A stretch of 64,000 bases of DNA from Candidatus Deferrimicrobiaceae bacterium (GCA_963725055.1 CAVRXE010000005.1:2973-66972), one strand, 5' to 3'. Positions 27,590-36,831 are shown, numbered from the stretch's first letter. Program-made: numbers and translations. The notes: generated by a model not told the origin, from the letters alone.

Positions 27590-29507
27590 ATGACCACGAA
27601 GATGCGAACCCTCCGGGACTTCCGGAATCCGATCGGTTGCCTGATCCTTCTGGCTGCGTTCGCCGTGGCCGCCGGCTGCTCCACAGCCGAATCCCCCAGC
27701 GGGTCCGCCACGAACATGAACCACGTCCTCCCCTCCGGCAGTTCCGTGGCGGGGTGGCTGGTCCTCCCCTCCGGCGGGACGCACGCGAGCACCGCCACGC
27801 TGGACTACATCGACGGCGGCGGGAGCAGCGGTTGCACGCAGTGCCACGGATCGGATCTCTCGGGCGGGATCTCCAAGGTATCCTGCTTCGGTAACCCGGC
27901 CGGGTGCCACCACACCCCGGTCGCGAACTGGGCTACCCCCGCGGTGCACGGGGCGACCGCAAAGAAGGCCCCGGGCAGCTCCGGGTTCGCCTCCTGCCAG
28001 ATCTGTCACGGGAACAACTTCTCCGGCGGCGGGGCGAAGGTCTCCTGCACAAACAATCCCAACGCCACGTGTCACGGCCCCGCTGTCGCATCGCCGCACC
28101 CGCCCAAGCCATGGCGTGCCTCCGCTGGCACCACGTTCACCCACACGACCACGAACCCGGCGAACGCCCCGGTCTGTTACGGGTGCCATGCCGACTCCCC
28201 GGCGGGGAACCTGAACAACCCGCACCGTCCGCCGACGCCCGCGGCGGCGGGCACTGCCCCCGGTTGCTTCAACGGGACGATGTGCCACGAGCCGGCCGGG
28301 GGCTCCGCATCCGGTAGGGATTCCCGCCTGGGGGACGCCCCCGCCGGCGGCCCAGCCCCACGGGAACGACGCGAAGGCGACCCCGGGCTCGACCACCGGG
28401 TTCGCCTATTGCCAGGACTGCCACGGGACCGGGACGACGTCTCCGGCGAACTTCGGAGGCGGCTCGTCCGGGGTGTCCTGCTACACCTGCCATGGGCCGA
28501 ACGCACCGCATGCCCCCGCGCCGTGGCGCACCTCGGCCGGAAGCACTACAGCCACACCAGCACCGACGCGGCGAACGCCCCGGTCTGTCAGCAGTGCCAC
28601 TTCGTTGGGTCACCGAACAACCCGGCGGGCCATCCGCCCACCCCCGCTCCGGCGGGGACCGCGCCCGATTGCTTCAACAGCACGCTGTGCCACGGGAGCG
28701 TCGCCCCGCACAAGGTGCCGTTCAACGACAATACCCACTTCGACGTGGTCACCGCCACGTTTGAGGCAGCTTGCAGCGCCTGCCACGACGTCTCCGCGCC
28801 GTCGACGAAGTCCGGGCCTGTTTGCCGGACGTGTCACGTCGCGGCCTCGCCGCTGACGTCCCTGAACTGCACCTCCTGCCACGCCAGCCCGCCGTCGGGG
28901 GCGGCGTATCCGAACATCGCCGGAGCGCATTCGACCCACATCGCACTGGACAACACGGGGAGCCCGGTTTCCTGCGACACCTGCCACAACGGGCTGGGAC
29001 CCAGCCTCCTGAACCTGAACCATTACAACCGCGCCAAATCCCGGGTGGCCCCCGGGGACGCGGCGTTCCTGGCGACATACTTCGCGAAAACCGGGGCGTC
29101 GTCCTTCGATAACGGCGCAGCGCTTAGTTGTTCGAACGTGAGCTGCCACGGCGGGCAGGCCACGCCGAACTGGCAGGCCGGCACGCTCAATGTGAACTCC
29201 CAGTGCACGAATTGCCACGTTTTCGGGCCGTCTCTTGGAAACCCTCAATACAACAGCCCGTACTCGGGAGAGCACAACATAAACACACCGACCTTCCCGG
29301 GTGCGCATCAGACCTGCCACGAACTGCCACAACACCACCACGCTCGCGGTGAACCATTTCACCACGCTCGCCGATAATACGATCTCGCCGACCGTTGCGT
29401 CTGCGACCATCGGCGGCGCGGGGACGGCCATTATCACGTGGACGCCCGGAACAGGCACCTCGGGTACGTGCAATGCAGCCTGCCACCCAGGGGACCGGAC
29501 CTGGTAG
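27590..29507 (+). CDS. Large multihaem lipoprotein c-type cytochrome (9 CxxCH as sequenced, 12 after repair of 3 frame breaks)
   Basis: GGAGG RBS. Lipobox ..LLAAFAVAAGC. CxxCH motifs in the open frame: CTQCH, CQICH, CYGCH, CQQCH, CSACH, CRTCH, CTSCH, CDTCH, CTNCH. C-x4-7-CH motifs are also present (CSNVSCH, CFNGTMCH, CFNSTLCH). Frame changes lie at 28297-28301, ~28539-28543 and ~29318. The final part is ORF 29301-29507. Confidence 0.8.
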
Positions 29508-29540
29508 GCAAGCGGGGCCAGTATCCGGGGTAACGTCGCG

Positions 29541-29585
29541 GCCCCGGGGGACCGAGGTTCCCCGGGGCTTTCTCTTTTTATTTCG
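29541..29585 (+). terminator. Rho-independent terminator closing the cytochrome operon
   Basis: Perfect 9-bp stem GCCCCGGGG/CCCCGGGGC (29541-29549 / 29560-29568) with a 10-nt loop, followed by TTTCTCTTTTTATTT. Confidence 0.85.
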
Positions 29586-29628
29586 CCTCTCCGGGGCCGT
29601 AACATCCGCCGGGGTATAGACTGCAGGG

Positions 29629-30585
29629 ATGATGACTCTTGCCGTAAAGTCCCCGCTGCACCCGCGCGGGCGCGTCTACGCCGGTCTCGTCCTCACGATG
29701 GTGTTCTGGGGGAGCGCGTTCGCGACCTCGAAGATGCTCGTCTTCGAAGTGCCGCCGGAGGTGGGAGCGGCCCTCCGGTTCGGCCTCGGCTCCCTGCTGA
29801 TGATGGCGATCCTCTTCCGGCGGTCCGCGAATCCGATCCCCGCGCGGGCCGACTGGGGACGTATGGCCGTCGTCGCGCTTGTCGGCGTCACGGGGTTTAA
29901 CACCCTCTTCTTCCTCGGGCTCTCCCTCGCGCCCGCCTCCGACGCGGGGATGATCATCCCCACCATGTCCCCCGTCTTCACCGCGATGGCGGGCATGCTC
30001 TTCCTCGGCGAGGGAGTCCGCTTCGGACGGATCGCAGGGCTGACCGTTTCGCTTGCGGGGGCGGTTCTCTTCTTCTGGGCGGTGATCGCACACCCGGCGG
30101 GGCAGGGCGGTCGGGTGTGGGGGGACGTGGCGCTCGTCGGGGCCGCGATCTGCTGGGCGGCGGCCTCCATCCTGTCGCGCCCCCTCTCGGTCCGGATCGG
30201 CGCGATGCCGACGGCCGCGTGGACGATTTTCCTGGGGAGCCTCGTCCTGCTGCTGGTCTCCTCCCCCAAGCTCGCCGCCGTGCCGTGGGGGCAGTTAACG
30301 GGCCGCTTCTGGATCGTGCTGGCCTATGTGGTGGTCTTCCCTACGGTGATCGCGTACTTCCTGTGGATGGAGGGGATCCGCGCGATCGGGTCGGGGCCGA
30401 CGACGTCGTTCATGTTCCTCGCGCCCGTCTTCGCCCTGCTGATCGCCGCCGCGCTGCTCGGGGAACGTCCCACGGCGCTTCAGGGGGGGGGCGGCGCGTT
30501 GATGCTGCTCGGCGTGTGGCTGGTGAACCGTCCCCGAGAAGGGAGATCCCCGCTCAGGGGGCGAGGATCGCCCGCAAGCCCGTGA
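29629..30585 (+). CDS. EamA/DMT-family transporter
   Basis: 318 aa with 10 hydrophobic helices in two EamA-like halves (..VFWGSAFATSK.., ..ICWAAASILSRPL..). Confidence 0.8.
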   Translation: MMTLAVKSPLHPRGRVYAGLVLTMVFWGSAFATSKMLVFEVPPEVGAALRFGLGSLLMMAILFRRSANPIPARADWGRMAVVALVGVTGFNTLFFLGLSLAPASDAGMIIPTMSPVFTAMAGMLFLGEGVRFGRIAGLTVSLAGAVLFFWAVIAHPAGQGGRVWGDVALVGAAICWAAASILSRPLSVRIGAMPTAAWTIFLGSLVLLLVSSPKLAAVPWGQLTGRFWIVLAYVVVFPTVIAYFLWMEGIRAIGSGPTTSFMFLAPVFALLIAAALLGERPTALQGGGGALMLLGVWLVNRPREGRSPLRGRGSPASP

Positions 30586-31729
30586 CCAGCCGGTCGATCC
30601 CTTCGACGGCGGTCTTCTCCCGCAAGCTTCCGTAGGCGATCCGCAGCCAGCACCCCCGCGTCACGCCGAACGTCTCTCCGGGAATGACGGCCACCTTGTG
30701 CTCCCGCACGAGCCGTTCGGACAGGGCGAGGGCGCTCGTCCCGGCGGTCACCTTCACGAACAGGTAGAAGGCGCCCGTCGCGGGGGGAACTTCCACGAGC
30801 TCCGGAACGGCTTCGATCCGGGCAAGGACCTCTTTCCGGACCCTTGCGAGGGAAGGGAGGTGCGCCGCGCAATATCCGCGCCCCTCGCGCATCGCGCGCA
30901 TCCCGACGTATTGCGAGATCGCCGGCCCGCTCACGACCACCGTGTCCTGGATCTTCATGAGGTCGCGGTGCAGGTGCTCCGGCGCCACGAGGAATCCGAC
31001 CCGCCAGCTCGCCATCCCGTACGCCTTGGAGAGGCTGTAGAGGGAGATCACGTGCTCCCCGCCGAGGGAGCCGGGGGAGAAGTGCCGTGCGCCTTCGTAG
31101 GTGAAATATTCGTACGCCTCGTCGCTGATGTGGTAGATCCTACGCTCCGCGCAGAGCCGATGGATCGCCGCCAGCGTCTCCCGCGGGTAGACCGCGCCGG
31201 TCGGGTTGTTCGGCGACACGGTGACGATTGCGCGCGTCCTCTCCGTGATCGCCGCGGCGATCGCCGGCAGGTCCGGCTGGAGCCGCCCGTCGACGGGGAC
31301 GGTCACGGGAACCGCGGAGGCCAGGGTGATCGCCATCTCGTGGTTGAAGTAGTACGGGGAGAGGAGGATCACCTCGTCCCCCGGGTCGCAGATCGCGAGG
31401 ACCGCGTTGAGGAACGCCTGGTTCGCGCCGGCCGTCACGTAGATACGGCGCTCGAAGGGGGCGTCGATCCCGTTTTCGGCGCGCAGCTTTCCTTCGAACG
31501 CTTTCCGAAGCTCGGGGAGACCGGCGTCGGGGATGTACTGATGGTGGGGAACGGTCGCCAGGAACTCCGGAATCGCCGCGAGCGCCGCCGGCGGCGGCCC
31601 GTAGTGGACCACCCCCTGTCCCAGCGAGATCGTCCCCGGCGTCTCCGCGATCCACCCCGCCACGATCGGGATGATGGGGGACTGGACCCCCGCCGAGCGG
31701 TTCGACGGGGCGATGCGGCCCGGCGTCAT
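30554..31729 (-). CDS. Class I/II pyridoxal-phosphate-dependent aminotransferase
   Basis: ..VTVSPNNPTGAVY.., PLP-lysine context YSLSKAYGMASWRVGF, ..LRIAYG... The start overlaps the upstream stop (ATGA). Confidence 0.85.
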   Translation of the reverse strand: MTPGRIAPSNRSAGVQSPIIPIVAGWIAETPGTISLGQGVVHYGPPPAALAAIPEFLATVPHHQYIPDAGLPELRKAFEGKLRAENGIDAPFERRIYVTAGANQAFLNAVLAICDPGDEVILLSPYYFNHEMAITLASAVPVTVPVDGRLQPDLPAIAAAITERTRAIVTVSPNNPTGAVYPRETLAAIHRLCAERRIYHISDEAYEYFTYEGARHFSPGSLGGEHVISLYSLSKAYGMASWRVGFLVAPEHLHRDLMKIQDTVVVSGPAISQYVGMRAMREGRGYCAAHLPSLARVRKEVLARIEAVPELVEVPPATGAFYLFVKVTAGTSALALSERLVREHKVAVIPGETFGVTRGCWLRIAYGSLREKTAVEGIDRLVTGLRAILAP

Positions 31730-32880
31730 TCGGGATCCTTCGGAATCGAGCGCTCGATCTCCACAATGGTGACTTCGGGGGGGGCGAGGAACCGCATCGG
31801 CGGTCCCCACGTTCCCGTGCCCCGGCTCACGTGCAGGATCCCGCCTCCCGGGACGGGGTGGTTCCCCGCGAGGAGGGGGAAGACCAGCCGGGTGAGAAGG
31901 CGGAACGGAAAGATCTGCCCGTCGTGGGTATGCCCCGAGAGCTGCAGGTCGAATTTCCCCCCCGTTGCCGGGTCCAGCTGGGGGCGGTGCTTGAGGAGGA
32001 GCGTGAACAGTTCGTCCGGGCGATTCCCCAGGAGGGCGGCCTCGGAGGTCCCGCCGGTTCGGCCGAACCGTGCGCCGGCGGGATCGTCGACTCCCGCGAT
32101 GCGCACCGCGTCGTCGATCGTCACGGATTCGTCCCGAAGGACCGTGAAGCCGGACTTGCGGGTGAAGGCGATCGCACGGCCGATCCCCGCGTAATATTCG
32201 TGGTTCCCGAGGGCCGCGAATTTCCCTCGCGGCGCGGGGATTCCCCGGAAGATCTCCGCCAGCTCCGCGACGCCGTCCAGCTGCCCGTCCACGAGGTCTC
32301 CCGTCGACACGAAGACGTCCGGGTGTTCCCGGGAGACGATCGCCGCGACCTCCCTGGCCTTGGCGTTCCGGTGGATGAGACCGAGGTGGAGGTCGGTGAT
32401 CTGCGCGATCCGCAATGAGGGGACGGACGGCGGCAGCCGGTCCGTGACGACGCGAACCCGGACGACCTCGATGCGGGACGCCTCGACGATCGCATACGCC
32501 GACAGCGCGACGGCCAGCCCGGAGATGCAGAGAAACGCGGAGCGTCCCGCGAGCACCGAAGCCGCGTTCGCGGCGCTCCCGCCGCGCCCCATCGCCCAAA
32601 GAGCCAGGCGGAGGAGGTCGGTGGAGAGATTCAGGCAAGTGAAGAAGAAGAGAAACCCCATCCAGAGGTAGCCGACATGCGCGACGATCCGCGACGCGCC
32701 TTCGTAGCCGTGACGGCTCAACTGATACGTGAGAATCGGCGCGCACAGGAGGATCCCGAGGAGGAGGAGAAGCGCGAGCGTCGTCCCGGGACCGAACGCC
32801 AGCGCCGAGCGCGCCTTGAGAAGGGCATAGACGTGCATGGAACCGTAGATCAGGAAGAACGAAAGGAGGAACAGGCTCAT
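31726..32880 (-). CDS. Membrane-anchored metallophosphoesterase (calcineurin-like)
   Basis: About four N-terminal helices, then phosphoesterase motifs ..QITDLHLG.., ..STGDLVDG.., ..LGNHEYY.., ..LSGHTHDGQ... Confidence 0.8.
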   Translation of the reverse strand: MSLFLLSFFLIYGSMHVYALLKARSALAFGPGTTLALLLLLGILLCAPILTYQLSRHGYEGASRIVAHVGYLWMGFLFFFTCLNLSTDLLRLALWAMGRGGSAANAASVLAGRSAFLCISGLAVALSAYAIVEASRIEVVRVRVVTDRLPPSVPSLRIAQITDLHLGLIHRNAKAREVAAIVSREHPDVFVSTGDLVDGQLDGVAELAEIFRGIPAPRGKFAALGNHEYYAGIGRAIAFTRKSGFTVLRDESVTIDDAVRIAGVDDPAGARFGRTGGTSEAALLGNRPDELFTLLLKHRPQLDPATGGKFDLQLSGHTHDGQIFPFRLLTRLVFPLLAGNHPVPGGGILHVSRGTGTWGPPMRFLAPPEVTIVEIERSIPKDPE

Positions 32881-32933
32881 GGCGAATGTGCGATAATCAT
32901 CGCAAACGAGGACCGGAGCTGACGGAGGAGAGC

Positions 32934-33203
32934 GTGCCGATCTACGAGTACAAATGCCCCGGGTGCGGGGAGTTCGAGAAGGAGCAGCGGATGTCCGATC
33001 CGCCGCTCAGGAAGTGCCCCCACTGCGGCAAAGCGGTCACCCGGCTGGTCGGCGGCGGCGGCGGCTTCGTGCTGAAGGGCGGGAACTGGGTCTCCAAGAT
33101 GTCCTCTTCGGGGGAATCCGCCAAGAAGAAATCCGACCGGTTCATGAAGCAGACCGTGGGAGAGGTCGCCGAAGATATCGCGAAGCATTCCCGGTCCCAT
33201 TGA
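32934..33203 (+). CDS. FmdB-family zinc-ribbon protein
   Basis: GTG start behind a GGAGGAG RBS. VPIYEYKCPGCGEFE..(17 aa)..KCPHCG is the CxxC-CxxC FmdB signature. Confidence 0.8.
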   Translation: MPIYEYKCPGCGEFEKEQRMSDPPLRKCPHCGKAVTRLVGGGGGFVLKGGNWVSKMSSSGESAKKKSDRFMKQTVGEVAEDIAKHSRSH

Positions 33204-33209
33204 CGGCGT

Positions 33210-33941
33210 TTATGGCAACGCTTTGAGCAGGACGGAGCGGGGGGCGCCCTGCGAAAGTTCGACGAGCTCCCCGTCCGCGAGGAGACGCCATCCGGAATCC
33301 GCGTCGAGCGGTTCGCTCGCGACGACCGCAAGACCGTCCCCGGAGTTCAGGTACAGCGTGTAATATTCCCCGTTCCGGTGGAACCGCCGGAACGCGAAGA
33401 GCTCGTCGCCGGTGGCGATCAGCAGGTTCGCCGCCGAATATTCCCCCACCAGTTCGCGGTCGGAGAGAATCCCCCGAAGCGCTTCGGATAATCCGGCCAG
33501 CGTCCGCTCCGCCCACCGGTCCTCGAGGAGTTCGAGGAAGACCACGGTATCGCTGACCTTGCGGGCATCCCCCTCGGCGCCGATCTTCCCGTAAAAGGTC
33601 CCGTTGTGGGCGAGGGTCACTCCAAGCGCCTGGAACGGGTGCGAGTTCGCCGCGCTGACGGTTTCCGGGTTCGACGCGTACCGGACATGGCCGATGAACC
33701 GGTCGGTGACGGCGCTCATGCCGGAAAGGAGCGGGTCGGTCGCGGCGGGATTCCCGCTTTTCACCATCCGGATCTCGTCCCCCGCCCGCCAGGCAACCCC
33801 CCACCCGTTCGGGTGGTTTCCCCCCGCGCGCCTCTCCCAGCCGGCGACGAGGTTCCCCGATTCGCAGAACCTCGCAAGGGAGGCGAGGTACGGTCCCACG
33901 TCCCGCGGCTCGTTCGACGAAAACGCGATCATCCGGCACAT
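33210..33941 (-). CDS. Class II (Ntn-type) glutamine amidotransferase-like protein
   Basis: Begins MCRMIAFSS (Met-Cys nucleophile start), with ..GWGVAW.., ..GHVRYAS..NSHPF... No stop separates it from the upstream actF-like ORF (see findings). Confidence 0.7.
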   Translation of the reverse strand: MCRMIAFSSNEPRDVGPYLASLARFCESGNLVAGWERRAGGNHPNGWGVAWRAGDEIRMVKSGNPAATDPLLSGMSAVTDRFIGHVRYASNPETVSAANSHPFQALGVTLAHNGTFYGKIGAEGDARKVSDTVVFLELLEDRWAERTLAGLSEALRGILSDRELVGEYSAANLLIATGDELFAFRRFHRNGEYYTLYLNSGDGLAVVASEPLDADSGWRLLADGELVELSQGAPRSVLLKALP

Positions 33942-34044
33942 GTTGACATGATACCCGCTTCCCGCACCCGCGGACAGGGGAGAGCCGAGGATACCTCGAC
34001 GGCATTGATGTAGCGAAGATGAGCTCCCGCGAGGACGTAACGCT

Positions 34045-35081
34045 TCAAGGGAGGTACTTCTGGAACTCTTGTACACGACGGCGACGAACAGGAGAAGGAG
34101 GCAGGCGAAGTCGATCCCCAGCGCGACCGGGGAGAACCGGACCACGGGGGCCAGGAAGACGTACCGCTCGACCAGGATCCCCGACAGGATGGAGAGGGCC
34201 GCGGCGGAGACCACGTACGGGTTCGATTTCGCCCGGGTGGACAGGAGCGCCGGGAAGGGGATGAAGAAGAGGAGGAAGAGGACCGCGACGCAAAGCTCGC
34301 GCAGGGGGGACGCGGACAACCTCCGTGCGAGGAAGCCGACCTCCTCGGGGAGGTTCCCGTACCAGATGGTGAGGAACTGGGCGAAGAAGAGTCCGGCCCA
34401 CATGAGGCTGAAGCCGAACATCAGGATGGAGAGGTCCGAAAGGTCCGATCGGGATCCGTGGCCGCGGTCCGCGGGGGGAGTTCCGCGGAACAGGAGGCAG
34501 AGGAGGGCCGAGACGGCGAACCCCCCGTAGATCGACTCGATGAAGAAGTATCCCCCGAGGAGCGCGCTGATCCAGGGGTACTCGAGGGACATGACCAGGT
34601 CGAAGGCGGTAAGGGTCTGGGACACGACGAAGACGAGGAGGTACCAGGCGGCGCGGGACTTCGTCCCTTCCCCGTCGGCGGGGGCGGCGGCGAACCGCCG
34701 GGCCGTGACGTAGGCGAGCAGCAGGAAGGCGAGGTTGCGGCCGATGAAGAAATCCTTCCGGAGCCAGATCCCCGGCTTGCCCGCCCACGGGTAGGAGTCC
34801 ACGAAGGGGATCAGCAGGAGGAGCAGGAACGCCGCCAGGAGGAGGAGCGGGGTGACCGAGAGCAGCTCCTTCCTCACGGAGCCGACCCACCGCGCGTTCA
34901 CCGTGGCTCCCGCCGCCGCCGCCGCGATGCACCCCTCGACGACCGCGATGAAGAAGAGGAACGCCAGGAGGAGCGATCCGCCCCTCCCGGCGGCGGGGGT
35001 CAACGAGACGAACGCCATGAGCGCTCCCGCTGCCGCGATGAGGAGGACCAGGCCGCCCTTCTTTTCCAGGAACGCCGTCAT
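34045..35081 (-). CDS. actF: Alternative complex III membrane subunit ActF-like; 3' end uncertain
   Basis: Polytopic membrane protein with the ActF-type motif ..WAGLFFAQFLTIWYGNLPEEVGFLARR... As sequenced it reads through into the amidotransferase ORF. A 1-nt repair near 34055 would end it ..VVYKEFQKYLP* at 34045. Confidence 0.6.
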
Positions 35082-35515
35082 CGCCGCTCACCGTCCTCGA
35101 CCAGGATCACGAACGCGTTCCCGTACTCCTCCCCCGACCGGATCCCCCGGAGGCTCGGCAGGCGGGACAGGAGGAGGAAGCCCGCGAACGTGGACAGGGC
35201 GCCGAACAGGATCGTGAGGGCGAACGCGATGATGAGGAAGGGCGGCAGCGAGACGACCGGTTTCCCTCCAACGATGAGCGGCCAGCTGAGGGAGGTCAGG
35301 ATGGTGAAGGCGAACCCCGAGACCGTGCCGGACGCCGCGCCGACGAGCGCGAAGAACCGGACCTTCGATCGCTTGCCGGGAAGGATCTCCTCCACCTCGG
35401 GGACGCCGAACGGCGTAATCACCCGGATCCTCTCCCCCGGAACGCCTTCCTCAACCAGTCCCCGCAGACGCTCGAGGAACTTTCCCTTCTCTTCGAAGAC
35501 CATCGGCCCGGCCAT
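35078..35515 (-). CDS. actD: Alternative complex III subunit ActD (DUF3341 type)
   Basis: 145 aa with a soluble N-terminal part and two C-terminal helices. Position between ActC and ActF. ATGA-type overlaps on both sides. Confidence 0.7.
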   Translation of the reverse strand: MAGPMVFEEKGKFLERLRGLVEEGVPGERIRVITPFGVPEVEEILPGKRSKVRFFALVGAASGTVSGFAFTILTSLSWPLIVGGKPVVSLPPFLIIAFALTILFGALSTFAGFLLLSRLPSLRGIRSGEEYGNAFVILVEDGERR

Positions 35516-36831
35516 CAGAGGTGTTCCTTGATTTCCGAGATGGACAGCACGGGCAGGTTCTTCACGAAGAGCAGGTAGAGCATGAAGAACATCCCGAAAC
35601 TCCCGAGGGAGATCCCCACTTCGACGTAGGTGGGTCGATACGTGCCCCAGACGTACGGATCGAAGTCATGCGCAAGGGACGTGACGATGATCACGAACCG
35701 CTCCAGCCACATTCCGACGTTCACCAGCAGGGACACAACCAGGAGATACGTGGTGTTCCGCCGAAGGCGCCTGGCGAACAGCGTCAGGGGGACGAGGGAA
35801 TTGCAGAAGAGCATGGCCCACGTGAGGTACCGGAACTCCCCCAGGGCGCGGTACCGGAACGCCTCCCTCTCGAAGACGTTTTCGCCGTAGGTGGCCAGGC
35901 CGAACTCGACGATGTAGGCGTAGGTCACGATGAGGGAGGTGAAGAGGAGGATCTTCGCGATGCTCTCGAAGTGATCGTCGGTGATGTACTCGTGGAGGTT
36001 CATGGCCTTCCGGAGGGGGACCACAAGGGTGATGACCATGGCGGTCCCGGAGAAGATCGCCCCGGCCACGAAGTACGGGGCGAAGAGGGTGGTGTGCCAC
36101 CCCGGGACGATGCTCATGGCGAAGTCCCAGGAGACCACGGAGTGGACCGACGCCACGAGGGGGGTGGCGAAGGCGGCCAGGAAGAGGTAGAGCATGCCGT
36201 AGTGCCGCCACTCCCTGTCCGTGCCCTTCCATCCGAGGGCGAGGACGGAGAAGATCCTCTTCCGGATCCCCTCGACGCGCTGTTTCGCGGCCGCGAAGTC
36301 GGGGAGCATGCCCACGTAGAAGAAGACGACGCTCACGGTGAAGTACGTGCCTACCGCGAAGACGTCCCAGATCAGGGGAGACCGGAAGTTCACCCAGAGT
36401 TGCCGCTGGTTAGGGTATGGGATGAGGTAGTAGAAGACCCAGGACCGCCCCAGGTGGATGAGGGGGAACAGGCCGGCGACCATGAGGGCGAAGACGGTCA
36501 TCGCCTCCGCGGCGCGGTTGAAGCTCGTGCGGTATTTTGCCCGGAAAAGGAAGAGGACCGCCGAGATCAACGTCCCCGAATGGGCGATCCCCACCCAGAA
36601 AACGAAGTTCGTGATGTAGATGGCCCAGTTCACGGGGTGGGTGTACCCCGCGACGCCGAGGCCGTTCCGGATCTGGTAGGCCCAGAGGATTCCGCCGAGG
36701 ACCACCAGCGACGCCGTTACCGCGAGGCCGGCGAGGTAAAGGCGGCCCGGCTTCCCCATCGCCGCGAGGATGTCCCGGTCCACCTTGTCGTACTTGTCGG
36801 CGTTTCCCATGGCGACGTCGTCCCGGTTCAC
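35515..36831 (-). CDS. actC: Alternative complex III quinol-interacting membrane subunit ActC (NrfD/PsrC family)
   Basis: 438 aa with ~10 helices. NrfD-like motifs: ..PVNWAIYITNFVFWVGIAHSGTLISA.., ..LIWDVFAVGTYF... Confidence 0.85.
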   Translation of the reverse strand: MNRDDVAMGNADKYDKVDRDILAAMGKPGRLYLAGLAVTASLVVLGGILWAYQIRNGLGVAGYTHPVNWAIYITNFVFWVGIAHSGTLISAVLFLFRAKYRTSFNRAAEAMTVFALMVAGLFPLIHLGRSWVFYYLIPYPNQRQLWVNFRSPLIWDVFAVGTYFTVSVVFFYVGMLPDFAAAKQRVEGIRKRIFSVLALGWKGTDREWRHYGMLYLFLAAFATPLVASVHSVVSWDFAMSIVPGWHTTLFAPYFVAGAIFSGTAMVITLVVPLRKAMNLHEYITDDHFESIAKILLFTSLIVTYAYIVEFGLATYGENVFEREAFRYRALGEFRYLTWAMLFCNSLVPLTLFARRLRRNTTYLLVVSLLVNVGMWLERFVIIVTSLAHDFDPYVWGTYRPTYVEVGISLGSFGMFFMLYLLFVKNLPVLSISEIKEHL

